Notes under the pieces: generated by a model
Database searches by the model: none
What the model saw: the letters and a program-made list of their open reading frames with translations, nothing else
Told to the model about the DNA's origin: nothing
In this document: piece after piece, positions 44,741 through 56,532 of the stretch
How positions within the stretch are numbered: the stretch's first letter is position 1
Layout: every line of letters starts with the position of its first letter
Source: Thecamonas trahens ATCC 50062
Taxonomy: Eukaryota > Protista > Apusomonadida
DNA: 64,000 bases
NCBI RefSeq assembly: GCF_000142905.1
Contig: NW_013657673.1
Span: 62,001-126,000 of the forward strand
Direction: 5' to 3'
Position numbers and translations under genes: made by a program

Positions 44741-47700
44741 TTACCGGTGCAGCCGCCGCCGCGACAAGATGTCGCGAGTAAAGGCCGACTCTTCACGGCG
44801 AACGAGGTCCTTCATCGAGTCGAGCCATGTCGCGTGCTTGGCCAGCGAGCGGGCAGTCGCGTTGGCCTTGTCGGTCCACGCGGTGACGTGCCGGAGGAAC
44901 GAGGCAAGGCGATTGCGGTCGGCGTAGCCCGAGGCCAGCGCAGACTCGAGCCGCGAGCTCCACTTGAGCTCGAGTGTCGAGCCGCCAGGCGTGTGGAGGC
45001 GGAGCGCACCGGGCGTGTCGTACCGCTTGTACCGCTTGCGGCGCGACTTGCGCGCCGGTGTGGCCGAAGCCACCGGCGGCTGAGCGTTCTCGTCGCCCGG
45101 CGGCGCCGCGGCGCCGCGGCGCAGTACTTGGGCCAGCTCGTCGAGCTGACTCGAAATCCGCTCCAGGTCCGGCACCACTCGCGACGCGTCCACATCGTCC
45201 CCGTCCGCCATGCTCTCATCGAGAAGTACCCGCGAGTCGTTGAGCTGCGAATCCATCAGCGAGACGCGCTCTTCAGAGAGACGCACCCACGCCTTGGACG
45301 CCTTGACGTATCCAGCGTCGCGGTTGAGGTCGGCTGCCAGCGCCTCGAGCCGCGCCTTGACTTGCGCTAGCACTTGCGGCTGCGAGTTTGCCTTGGCGTC
45401 GGCCTTCCACGCTTTGCGCTGCGACTCGAGCCAGCTCTGCTTGTTCCTCAATTTGGCGTTCTGCGCCTTGACCTCGGCCTTTGCCTTGGCCAGCGCCCGC
45501 TTTTCTTCGGCCACGGCCGCCTCGAGCGTCGTCAGCTCTTCGCGGAGAAGCTCACCGGCAGTCTCGGCCTCGGACCTTGAGTTGCTGCCGTGGCTCTCTG
45601 CATCGGCCACCTGGCCGCTCGCCCGCGGCTCCTCCGAGTCCGAGTCGTGGAAGCCGTGCGAGAGGTAGTGCTCAAACTGCGCGTCCGAGGCCGCCAGCGT
45701 TGCCGCACCCGGACCGGCCGACATCATGCCTGACGCTGCCGCGGATCGGGCAGGAACCTTTGGCCGGGCGCTGCGGGTCGAAGCCTGAGCCTCGAGGCTA
45801 GATATCTGGTCCTGCAGCTGCGACTGGTACGCCAGCGACGCGCGCTGCGACGCCAGCGCTTCCTCGCGGCGGCGAGCCTCGGCCGCCTGGGTCTCCTTCA
45901 ACTCTGCCTCGAGCGTGTTGATCCGCGCCTTGAGCGAGGCGACAGCGGCGGCCGACTCGGCAGATGCCGTCCCCGCATTTGCCGAGCTCTTGGCCTCGTT
46001 GGCCTCGGCTGCCGTCAACTTAGCCTCCAGCTCCTGGAGCTGCGCCTGCAGCCGTGACTCGGTCTCCGAGTACTGCACCTTGGCGAGCGTGGCCGCCGCC
46101 CGCGCGGACGACGCCTCGCCTCGGGCCTCGCTCAGCGCGTTCATCAGTTCCTCAAGCTGCTTGTTGAGCTCGGCTGCCGAGGCGTCATACTGCGCCTTGG
46201 CCCGATCGTACGCTGACTTGAGCGAGGCTACTTGCGACTTGGACGCCTCGAGCTGCGCCGCGAGGCTCTCCTTCTCGGCCTCGAGTGCCATGACCTCTGG
46301 CGGCGGCGCGCTCGACGGCGAGTTAGCAGCGGTGGCGCGGGCCCGGGCAAGCTCCGACTCGAGCCCAGCTACGCGAGAGGCAAGTTCGTCGCGGAGCGCG
46401 CGTTCGCGGGCCAGTGCCTCGGCTCGCTCGGCCTCGTGGCCGGCAGCGGCGCGGGCAGCGGCGGCGGCTGTCGCTGACGCGCGCTCCGACTCGGCAGCGA
46501 GCTCGGCGTGTGCTACCTGCAGCTTGCTCTCCAGTGACGCGACGCGGTCGCGCAGCTGAGTCACCTGGGCATCCGCCTCGGCCGACGACGGGGAAGCCGA
46601 GGTGGGAGCGGGCGCGGCGGCGGCTGCGGCTGCGGCGGCGGAGCGGGCGGTGGCGAGCTCATTGGCCAGGGCCGCCTTTTCGGCCTCGAGCTCGGCAACC
46701 CGCGACTTGGCATCGGCGACCGTGGCGGCACCAGAAGCAAGTGAAGCGAGTTCGTCCTGCAGCTGCTTGTCGAGCTTAGCCTTTTCGGCAGCGAGCGCTT
46801 CCTCCTTCTCGCGCTGCAGTCGCTCGAGCTCTGCGGCACGGAGCTGGGCCTGCTCGTTCTGCCACTTGGTCTTGAGCTTGGCCAGCTCCTGCTCGTGCTT
46901 GAGCTGGGCGAGGCGCGCCTGCTGCGAAGCCTCTTGCTCGCGCTCGGCAGCGGCGGCGGCAGCCTTGGCCTCGAGCGCCTCCAGCTCGGACTCGAGCTTG
47001 GCGTCGAGCGCTTTGGTCTGCTCGGCGATGCGGGCCTCCAACTCGGCCTCCTGGGCAGCAAGCTTGGCGGCGGTCTCCTTGCGGGCAGCCTCGAGTTTGG
47101 CGTACTCTTCGCGGAGCTTCGATTCCTTGGATGCTTCGAGCTCCTTGAGCTTGGCCGCCGTTTCGGCGGCCAGCGCCGCTTTTTTGGCCTCGAGGTCAGC
47201 GGTGAGTGTGGCTTTGTAGGCTGCAAGCTCAGCATCTGCCTCTGCCTCTGCTTTGACCTTGGCCTCCTTGGCGCGCATATCAGCCCGCCACGCGTCCTCG
47301 CGCTCCTGCTCCGAGCTCACGACAGCAGGTGCCGGGCTTGCACGGCACGTGGACGGGAGGATCAGCGCATCCTTGAGCGAGGCGAGCGACTCAACCGACG
47401 ACGTGGCCGACGAGATCGACGAAGGCATATCATCGCGCGTCATCGAGTGCATGCCCATGCGGGCCGTCGGGCGCTCTGGCAGCGGGTCACGACCCAACGG
47501 GCCGGCCGAGCCCGAGCCCGAGCTGGCGCCGATGGGCTCGAGTCGGGCCCGTCCCGCTGCAGATGACCCGCCGGAGCTCGCGCCAATGGGCGCCAGAGCC
47601 GATCCGCGGAGCGGGGCGCCAAACTTGAGGTTTCCGCTCGGCGCCGAGCCTGCCGACAGCGGGGCAGTAGTTCCGTTCGAGCGCGGCTGCGGCGGCTTGC

Positions 47701-48588
47701 GCGAGGGCTGCGAGGCCGACGGTGGCGCGCCACCTCGTGCCAGCCGCTCGGCCTTTTTCGCCTTTTCCTTGGCAAACAGCTCCTTGTAGTACTGGTCGCA
47801 CGGATGGTCCCAGATGGACTCACCGCTGGAAAAGTTAAAGTAGTAGATCTCGCCGGTCTGCGTTGAGCACGGCTTCCACTCTGCCGGCAGCGGAGCCTTG
47901 AGGCCCTCCTGGGCAATCCACATCAGATCAGCATCGGCCTCTAGGTCCATGCCCAGCCAGTTGGCATACTCGACAATCTCTGTTCTCCATCACAGTGGTG
48001 AGCAGGGGGGGGGGCGAGGGGGTGGGGAGTGGGTGGTGAGTGTGGCTGTCTTTGGCTGCCTGTGTTGGCGCCAAAGTGGTGTTTGGCGCTTCCGAGCGCA
48101 GGCGGGGTGGAGACCGCCAAGGGGGAAGGGGGGGGNNNNNNNNNNNNNNNNNNNNNNNNNNNNNNNNNNNNNNNNNNNNNNNNNNNNNNNNNNNNNNNNN
48201 NNNNNNNNNNNNNNNNNNNNNNNNNNNNNNNNNNNTGGTTCTGCATTCTGATCGGGTCCAGGGCAGGAGGCGGCCAGTGAGCTGGTATTGCACATCCAGT
48301 TTGCGCCTCCCGTGGCAACTACGCTGGGTTCCCAACCGCCTGCCCGCAGCCTCCTGAGGTGGTGTTTTTCCCTATCCTTCTTCTTGCTCCCACCAGTATG
48401 TTGTGGGCTTCCGTACCTCCCGGTCGTAGAACAAGCTCAATGTAGAAGCCTGGGGCGGGGGGGGGGGGGGGAAAGGGGGGGTAAGGGCCTGGGCATGCGT
48501 GCGTACCCTCTTTGGTAGGCTGGTAGTTCTCGTCATACTCTTCCTCAAGAATGATGGACTCGCCTGCGGATGCGCTTGCGTTGGCCAT
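44741..48588 (-). CDS. CEP164: Centriolar distal-appendage protein CEP164; exons 48588-48507 and 47979-44741
   Basis: ILEEEYDENYQPTKEEIVEYANWLGMD....LMWIAQEGLKAPLPAEWKPC....GEIYYFNF..GESIWDHPCD (WW domain) followed by long coiled coils. Confidence 0.93.
48136..48235. other. Assembly gap (100 N) within the CEP164 intron
   Basis: Run of 100 n next to a poly-G tract. Confidence 0.99.
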
Positions 48589-48683
48589 GGGAGGGAGGGC
48601 GAGGGGTGTGGACAAGTGGCGGGCGGCCAAGGAGGCGCGGGCAAGAGCTGTTGAGCAACGAGTTGTCAAGAGAAACGAGCCAT

Positions 48684-50583
48684 TTACTTCTTGGACTTCT
48701 TCTTGTCCTTGGACTTGGACTTCTTCTTGTCCTTGTCCTTGCCCTTGTCCTTCGACTTGTCCTTCGACTTGTCCTTCGACTTGTCCTTGGACTTGGACTT
48801 GTCCTTGTCCTTGCCCTTGTCCTTCTTCTTGCGCGGCGGCTCGTCGTCGTCGTCGTCCGAGTCCTCGAGCTTGCGCTTCTTCTTGGACTTGTCCTTGCCG
48901 GACTCGACGTCCATGTCGGCGAGGGTCGAGTCGGTGGCGGCGTTGTACGAGACAGTGTTGTTCGAGCGGGAGACGGCGGCGTTGTTGGAGCGGGAGACGC
49001 CGGTGGCGGCGGCGATCTCGGCCATGGAGCGGCCCTCCATCTGCATGAGGCGAGCCTCGAGGGTGACGCGATAGTCGGGGCCGACAGACGGGGTGTCCTC
49101 GTCGCCGAGGGCGTCGCAGCGGATGGCGAGGGCCGACTTGGCGGCCAACATACGGGAGATCTTACCCTTGTTCTTGGACGAGGCCTGTCCGACGAGCGAG
49201 GCGTGGTAGATGAGGCCGTACTTGGGCGTGGCGTGCTTGGTCTTGAGAGCACGGAAGAGGGCCTTCTCGGCGCCGAGGATCTGGATGGTCGACGCCGGCT
49301 GCTTGGAGAGGTTGATGAGCGAGCCGGTGTGCGCGATGAGGCGGGCGCCGACAAGCTCGCCGACGAGGGCGGTGAGGTTGGGCGCGATGGCGTTCATGCG
49401 GTTCTTGAGGTACTCAAAGAGCTCGGAGCGGTACTGGGTGATCGAGACGACCTGCTCGCAGAGGAACTTGATGTTGGCCAGATCGTGGTCCGAAATCTCA
49501 GTACCCATCGAGACCTGGGCCGCGTTGCGGAGCGGCTCGATGAGCGACTCGTCGAGGACCGAGGTGAGGTCGGTGTCCTTGGCGTTGGCGCGGTTGCCCA
49601 TGGTGAGGACGACCGAGCAGTACTCCATGTGCTCGGCAATGAGCTTGGACATCTCCGGGAAGTGCCAGCCGTACCACTCGCGCGCACGCATCGCGTACGT
49701 GTTGAGCTCCTTGTCGAGCTCGTCGAGCAGGGCAATGGCCTGGATGATCATGGTATCGACCTTGTCGGGCGAGAACTTGAGCTTGTAGCGGCCGAGCGAA
49801 TGGGCAACACCCAGGCGCATGCTCCGCACATCCTTGGCAGACACGTCCTCGAGGAGGCCATCGAGCTGCGAGCGGATGCAGCGCGAGAGCTCAAAGATCG
49901 ACGAGTCGGCAACGCACGGAATGGAGAGCGACTCCTTGATGATTCCGCCGAGCTTGGCATCGACCACCGCAAGCGTGTCGTCGAGCCCGGCCTTGACCAC
50001 GTTCTTCTTGAGGAACTTCTTCAGCGGCTTGGACAGCTCGCCGTCGACAATACCGGTGGCCGCCGACAGCGCGAGCGCAATGTCCTGGAACGGCTGGAAG
50101 GCATGGAGCGAGACGACCGACTTGGCAGTGTCCACGTCCTTGAACGACTTGTACAGGTCGTCCACCTTGGACAGCTTGCCCTCATCCAGCACCTTGAACA
50201 GCGCAAAGCCTGCAGCAGTCTCGAACAGAACAAGCTGACCACGTGCCCCGTCTCCTGTGAGTTGTGCTTGCCTACCCTGAGCGGGCGCTTCCTGTCATAC
50301 ACACTCTTCGCGCAAATCTCCCACACCACCCGCCCACCCGCACCCCGACAAGACACTCACAGCCACGAACTGCTGCTCCAAACTGTCCCCAACTCTACAG
50401 AAACCATGCCCACAGTACGCACCCCACCCCACCACCATGCTTGCCTCGACATCCCCTCTACGCTCTGCACCATAGCCCGGCTCCCCCCCCTCCCCCGTCC
50501 TGGCCCGCCATCTCCCATCCACCGAATCACCCGCTGTGCCTTTTGGCCAATGTCGGCCAAATCAATTAAATTTCACGTACCAT
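48684..50583 (-). CDS. NOP58: Box C/D snoRNP protein NOP58; exons 50583-50581 (ATG only) and 50234-48684
   Basis: MLVLFETAAGFALFKV, LGVAHSLGRYKLKFSPDKVDTMIIQAI, REWYGWHFPE, ASTIQILGAEKALFRALKTKHATPKYGLIYH, K/D-rich tail. Confidence 0.97.
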
Positions 50584-51032
50584 TGGTTTTGTTCGTCGAC
50601 GAGTGTGGCCGGCCAATGATTATTTGACCGAAGAAACCTGCCGGTCGAGCCGCCCCCCCCCCGGCCCGGCCAGCCAGCCAGCCACCAGCCACCCCCGGCT
50701 GCCCGTCGGTCGGCAGCTTGCCTGCTAGCGGTGCAGGTTGTCACACTCCACCCCAGAAACGGTACGAGTTGCCCCCCCCCCCCCCCCCTCCCCCATCTAT
50801 CTCTTTCTCTCTCTCTCTCCCCTCCCCCCTTCCACCCCCCAGCATCTTCCCCATTCCTTGTTGTCCATCCCCCCCTCCCCCGCACGCGGGTCTTGTGCTT
50901 CTGTTCGCGACCTTTTTCTTCGCCCCGCCTTGGCCTCGCCTCTCGCTCTCTCTCCTCCCCTTCGCATGCACACACACATGCATATCACCAACATCATACT
51001 CACAGTGGACATGATGGGTGCTGCAGTTGATC

Positions 51033-52691
51033 ATGGCCTTCAATTTTAGCCGTGGCGGAGGTCGTGGTAGGCGCGCGGCTCGAGGAGGCTTTGGAAACAG
51101 GGGAGGCCGTGGTGGGTTTGGATCGGCTGCTGGCGGCAGTTCAGGCGGCGTGTTTGGTTCTGGAGGAGGAGGCTTTGGATCGACTGCCGGTGGCGGGTTT
51201 GGCTCGGGTGGCGGTAGTGGAGGAGGAGGTAGTGGCGGGTTTGGGTCATCTGCTGGCAGCGGGTTTGGATCAGCTGCCGGCGGCGGAACTGGCTCGAATG
51301 CTGGAGGAGGAGGAGGAGGAGGTAGTGGCGGCTTTGGATCGGCTGCCGGCGGTGGGTTTGGCTCGGGTGGCGGGGGTGGAGGTGGCGGTGGAGGTGGAGG
51401 CTTTGGATCGTCTGCCAGCGGCGGGTTTGGTTCGGGAGGAGGAGGTGGTGGTGGATTTGGGTCATCTGCTGGCGGCGGGTTTGGATCATCTGCTGGCGGC
51501 GGGTTTGGATCAGCTACTGACAGCGGAAACGGTGGCAGGCTTGGCAGTACCGCTGACAAGGATAGAGGCAAGGGCAAGTCTGATGCAAGACCTTCCGATG
51601 AACCCTTCTCGGAAGGCGGCAGCTCTCTCCCGGTCTCAAACGATCGCCTCGTCAACATCCTCGGCAATCTGCTGAGCTTGGTGGCGTCGGCCCAAAAGGC
51701 CAAGCAACTGACGCCGAAGGAAAAGTCAGTGCTCAAGAACCTCATTCTGGTCAAGGATGAGGTCATCATCGGCGCGTACGAGTGCTACGCCGTCACGCGC
51801 GACAAGAGCGACTTTCTCGACACCCTTCGCCGTATTGCAGAGGTTATGGAGTCGTCGGCGCAGCTGGACCTAACCAAGGAGATCGACTCGCGACTCTCTA
51901 ACAGCTCCACAAATGTTGAGGGCACCGCAGAAGCAAAGGACAACGCTGCATCGTCGTCTGATGCCCCGGCGTCTGTCTTCTCTACGCCCAAGCCGTCGGC
52001 AAAGCAAGTCTTCTCCACACCAAGCTCGACATCGCCTCCGGCCTCGGGCGGCGGGAGCCTCTTCAACAGCATCCCTGCGCCCCCGCTTCCTCCCGACTTT
52101 GCTCGTTCCGTCACCTCGTCGGCTGCGGGCAACAACAGCTCGGGGAGTGGACTCTCGTTGGGCGGCGGCAACAACTCGTCGCCTGCGCCTGCGGGCAACA
52201 ACAGTTCAGGCGGCGGATTCTCGTTTGGTGGCGGCAACAACTCGTCGGCCGCGCCTGCGGGCAACAACAGCTCAGGCGGCGGATTCTCGTTTGGCGGCGG
52301 CAACAACTCGTCGGCCGCGCCTGCGGGCAACAACAGCTCAGGCGGCGGATTCTCGTTTGGCGGCGGCAACAACTCGTCGGCCGCGCCTGCGGGCAACAAC
52401 AGCTCAGGCGGCGGATTCTCGTTTGGCGGCGGCAACAACTCGTCGCCCACGCCTGCGGGCAACAACAGCTCAGGCGGCGGATTCTCGTTTGGCGGCGGCA
52501 GCAACTCGTCGCCTGCGGGCAACACCAGCTCGGGCGGCGGATTCTCGTTTGGCGGCGGCAACAACTCGTCGGCCGCGCCTGCGGGCAACACCAGCTCGGG
52601 CGGCGGATTCTCGTTTGGCGGCGGCAACAACTCGTCGCCTGCGGGCAACACCAGCTCGGGGAGTGGTCTCTTTGGCAACAGGTCGCGCTAA
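51033..52691 (+). CDS. FG-repeat (nucleoporin-like) protein: RGG/GFGS N-terminus, small helical domain, FSFG-repeat C-terminus
   Basis: Many GGFGS repeats; central LKNLILVKDEVIIGAYECY...DKSDFLDTLRRIA; tandem GGGFSFGGGNNSSAAPAGNNSS. Confidence 0.75.
   Translation: MAFNFSRGGGRGRRAARGGFGNRGGRGGFGSAAGGSSGGVFGSGGGGFGSTAGGGFGSGGGSGGGGSGGFGSSAGSGFGSAAGGGTGSNAGGGGGGGSGGFGSAAGGGFGSGGGGGGGGGGGGFGSSASGGFGSGGGGGGGFGSSAGGGFGSSAGGGFGSATDSGNGGRLGSTADKDRGKGKSDARPSDEPFSEGGSSLPVSNDRLVNILGNLLSLVASAQKAKQLTPKEKSVLKNLILVKDEVIIGAYECYAVTRDKSDFLDTLRRIAEVMESSAQLDLTKEIDSRLSNSSTNVEGTAEAKDNAASSSDAPASVFSTPKPSAKQVFSTPSSTSPPASGGGSLFNSIPAPPLPPDFARSVTSSAAGNNSSGSGLSLGGGNNSSPAPAGNNSSGGGFSFGGGNNSSAAPAGNNSSGGGFSFGGGNNSSAAPAGNNSSGGGFSFGGGNNSSAAPAGNNSSGGGFSFGGGNNSSPTPAGNNSSGGGFSFGGGSNSSPAGNTSSGGGFSFGGGNNSSAAPAGNTSSGGGFSFGGGNNSSPAGNTSSGSGLFGNRSR
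52123..52665 (+). repeat. Coding 60-66 bp tandem repeat, about 8 copies
   Basis: Unit gcctgcgggcaacaacagctcaggcggcggattctcgtttggcggcggcaacaactcgtcggccgc. Confidence 0.92.
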
Positions 52692-52855
52692 GCAGCAACG
52701 ACAACTCGTCGCCAGCTCGGGTGGCGGCGCGGCTCGAACGCCGACAGGTGGAGTGATGGCTGCATCACAGAACACGAGGCGTTTATTCGCTCGTTGCACG
52801 GCCGGCCAAGGTGGCGGCGTGCCGCGGCACAAGCAAGTGAACATCGGGTGCGGGT

Positions 52856-54630
52856 TTACGCCGAAAGGGGGTGGCGGTTGACGTCCGAGGGCAGAAGGCA
52901 GAACGACGGTGCAACGGGGCCGCACATGATGCCGCGGCGCTGCATGCGGCACGACTGGGCATTAAGCCGCGGGGTGGCAGCGACCGGGTCGTTGACCAGC
53001 GGCGACGACCAGAGCCGCTCGGCCACAGCCGAGTTGCGCGGCCAGACCCGCGAGTCAAAGTTGGTGTCCATGACCTGCTCGGCCCACATCGCGCCCTCGC
53101 CGCCAAGCAGCAGCTTGGCCTCGGCCGACGTGAGGTTGGCGGTCATATCGACACCGTAGAACGACTTCCACGTATCGACCCACTCATACGACGTCGTCGG
53201 CACGTTCTCGCCCTGTCCGAGTCCCGGAATCTGCTTGTCGAGATAGAATGGCGCAGCGAGGAGGCCGCGGTAGCCAGCGCCGAGCACGTCTTTGAGCACC
53301 GACGCCGACTTCCACACCTCGACGATGGTGTTCATCGGAATGTGCAGAGCGTTGTCAAACACCTCCTCCCACACAACCACAGACTTGTTGACTGCCGGCG
53401 TGCGCGCGATGGCGTGCATCGCGTTCTCAAACAGCTGGTAGACTTGGATGGTGTTGAGGTTATGCTCCCGCATCCACGCTGCAATCGTCGGGTCGTCGGT
53501 CCAGCAGCCCTGCACCACTTCGTCGCCGCCGATGTGCAGAAAGTCGTCGGTGAAGACCTTGGCTGCCGCCTGGTACACGGCCGCGAGGACGTCAAACGTC
53601 ACGTTCGACGCCGGGTTGAGCGGAATGTTGTTGATGTTGTGTTCGTACGCCGGGCAATGCGCCACAACGTCGAACAGGTCCGGCGCCGCTCCCCATGCCG
53701 CCGCGTGGCCGGGCCCGTCAAACTCGGGCACCACACGAATGCCGAGACTCTTGCCGTGCGCCACCACAGCCGCGATCTCGGCCTGGGTAAAGATGGCCGT
53801 CGGGTGCCATGCGCCGTACTTGGAGAGCTCCGGGTACTCGGCGACAACAAAGCCAAACGACTGCGCGTCCACAATGTGCCAGTGCAGGACGTTGAGCTTG
53901 TTGGCTGCCATCGCGTCGAGAACGTGGAGCAGAAAGTCGGCAGGCATGTAGTGCCGCGCCGTGTCCACCAGCAGGCCGCGCCAAGGGTAAGCCGGCGAGT
54001 CGCCGATGGTAATCGGCGTCGCCGCGATGGCATAGCTATCGTTGGTGTATCCGTACTCCACCAGCTGCGCAAAGGTTTCCAGCCCACGCATGGCTCCGTA
54101 CACGCTCTCAGCTTGCAGACTCGCCGTGGCCGACCCATCGATCTCGAGCTTGTACGTCTCGTCTGTCTCCAGCCCGAGGCTCTCATCCGACGACGCCACG
54201 CACACCTCCAGCACGCTGAGGGTACTAAAGTCAGAACCCGGCGCCTCAGCGCCAACAGCAGCAGCACCACCAGCACCAAAGTCGAACACAATGTCCATGT
54301 ATCGCTCCATGGCTCCCGACAGCAGAGCCGACGACACGCACCCGGGCGCCGCCACCATCTTGAACGACTCCTTGGCCAGCGTCACTCCAGAATCCGTCCC
54401 TGACCTCACGTTTTGCGGCTGTGCATGTGTGTGTGCGTGAGATTGTGAGTGAGTGTGAGTGAGTGAGTACGGGTATGGGTATGGGTATGGGTGTGGGTGT
54501 GGGGGAAGAGGGACAGGTCACGCACCTGTGGCCAGAGGGTGGTCACCGAGGCCATGGACGGTGGCGCAAGGAGGGCTACAGTAGCTGCTAGCACGACAAC
54601 AACAAGTCCAGTGGTGGACATGGGCGTCAT
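52856..54630 (-). CDS. Beta-hexosaminidase (GH20), secreted/lysosomal; exons 54630-54526 and 54418-52856
   Basis: Signal peptide plus LWPQP, GAMRGLETFAQL, WRGLLVDTARHY, KLNVLHWHIVD, catalytic HIGGDEV, GGEGAMWAE, WPR.SAVAERLWS. Confidence 0.95.
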
Positions 54631-54766
54631 GGATGGAAAGAGTCGAGTGTGTTGGGTGAGTGGGTAGGGCGGGTAGGGTGGGTAGGGAGGGGATGGCGGT
54701 GGTGCCGAGGGAGGTCACCGTGTTGGTGTTGACGGTTCAAAAAAATGGCGTTGGCGTGCGTGCACT

Positions 54767-55030
54767 GCAGAGGTGCGCTGATGCGATGCGGAGGTGCGCT
54801 AGAGGTGCGCTGATGCAGAGGTGCGCTGATGCGGAGGTGCGCTGATGCAGAGGTGCGGAGGTGCAGAGGTGCGCTGATGCAGAGGTGCGGAGGTGCAGAG
54901 GTGCGGAGGTGCAGAGGTGCGGAGGTGCAGAGGTGCGGAGGTGCAGAGGTGCGCTGATGCAGAGGTGCGCTGATGCAGAGGTGCGGAGGTGCAGAGGTGC
55001 GCTGATGCAGAGGTGCGCTGATACGGAGGC
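54767..55030. repeat. Compound 8-mer minisatellite (gcagaggt / gcggaggt / gcgctgat)
   Basis: About 260 bp made of interleaved 8-nt units, upstream of the hexosaminidase gene. Confidence 0.9.
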
Positions 55031-55080
55031 GCGTGCTGCGCAAGGTGGTTGTATTTCACTTGGGAGGGGAAAACAGGAGG

Positions 55081-56532
55081 CTACAGTTTCCAGAGGGCGC
55101 GCGGCGCGGGGTGGTCGGGGAGGCCAGAATCAGTCAGAGGCTCCGGGCTGGAGACATGCCGGGGTGTGTCCATCGAGACATAGAGCGAGTCCGAGGTGAT
55201 GTCTGCGGCCGATGGCGGCGAAGGGAGGTCGGCCTCGGCTGAGCCTGACATTGCTCGTTTTGTGGCAGAGTACAGTGCCATGAGCTTGCGCTCGAGGGTG
55301 GCGATGTAGGCGTCCTTGCGCGCGGCGGCGGCGCGGGCCTTATCGGCAGCAGCATCGTGGGCCTGGAAGCGCGCGGCAGCAGCGCGGAGCTGGCGCTCAA
55401 GCGCAGCAACCCGCTTGCGGAGCACGGTCGGAGCATCAGCGTCGAGGCGGGCACGTAGCCGCTGAATGGTCTTGTCGCGCTTGGCCACCAGCTTCTGGAG
55501 CCGCTCAGTGCGGTGCTCCAGCTCGGCGAGCTGCGACTTGGGCGGCGGAGGCTGCGGAGGCGCCGAGAGTGCGCGGCCGCTGCCAGTCTCGTCGTACAAT
55601 TCGATCCACGCGTCCCACTGCAGTGCAGAGTGGGTCTTGGTCCGCTGCTCCCGGCGCGAGGCATCAACGGCCTCGCGCAGCGCCTGGGACAGCACAGCAT
55701 GCCCGCGCGCCCGCGCTTGCCGCTCCAGCCGCAGCGCGGCGTGTGCCACCTCCAGCTGGCGGCGCAGGACCACGACTCGGTTGGCTAGCAGCGCCTCGTC
55801 GGCTGCAGGTGGTGCACTCTCCACCGACGCCTGTACGGCATCTCCGACGGCTGCGGCGAGCTCAGCAGCGTCTGGTCGCGGCGCCAGCGACGCCTGAACG
55901 GCATCCTCCAGCGCACCCTCGAGATCGGCGATGCGGGCATCACGCTCGGCCAGCGCGTTGCGTGCTTCGGCAAGAGCCAGATCGCGCTTGTGTCCGGCGG
56001 CCAGCTTGGCGCGGACCGCTGCAGCGTCTGCTCGGGCGGTATCCGCTGCTGCTGTGAGAGTTGCGATCTTGCGGTCACGCGCCGCAAGCGCCACTCGCAG
56101 ACGTGCAATCTCGGCCGACGGCAATCGCGGGCTGACCTCCTGCTCATCTGCGGTCTCCGTCGCGGGATCAGCCGAGCCAAGCTCTGGTCGTTGGGCAGCG
56201 CGCTCGAGCACCGCCGCCACAACTGGATGCGTCGGTTCCGGCTCGGGCTCCGGTGGCGGCGGCGACGGTCTCAGATCGTTCTCGCGGTCGACTTCGCCCA
56301 TCGAGCTGGAGCCATCACTCGAGATGGAGAACACGTCTGGCGATGCGAGCGAGTCAGAGCTGGTGTCGTAGAGCCAAGCGCTCACGCCGCTGTGGGGCGG
56401 AGGCGAGGGACGGAACTGTCGCGGCGCGCGGCGGCTGATGGAGCGATCATGGTCAGATTGGCGGGCATGGTCTTTCCTTGTCTTTCTCTTCTTCCGTCGC
56501 CCGCCTGGCATGCGTGTCGTGTCGCCTGGCAT
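55081..56532 (-). CDS. Hypothetical coiled-coil protein (start uncertain; frame stays open ~140 nt further upstream)
   Basis: Long ORF with repeated A.RD..I..LE heptads. Confidence 0.65.
   Translation of the reverse strand: MPGDTTRMPGGRRKKRKTRKDHARQSDHDRSISRRAPRQFRPSPPPHSGVSAWLYDTSSDSLASPDVFSISSDGSSSMGEVDRENDLRPSPPPPEPEPEPTHPVVAAVLERAAQRPELGSADPATETADEQEVSPRLPSAEIARLRVALAARDRKIATLTAAADTARADAAAVRAKLAAGHKRDLALAEARNALAERDARIADLEGALEDAVQASLAPRPDAAELAAAVGDAVQASVESAPPAADEALLANRVVVLRRQLEVAHAALRLERQARARGHAVLSQALREAVDASRREQRTKTHSALQWDAWIELYDETGSGRALSAPPQPPPPKSQLAELEHRTERLQKLVAKRDKTIQRLRARLDADAPTVLRKRVAALERQLRAAAARFQAHDAAADKARAAAARKDAYIATLERKLMALYSATKRAMSGSAEADLPSPPSAADITSDSLYVSMDTPRHVSSPEPLTDSGLPDHPAPRALWKL

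Noticed and set aside
50235-50580. Intronic snoRNA in NOP58
   Set aside because: No C box/D box pair or convincing H/ACA hairpins were seen by eye; an Infernal scan would be needed
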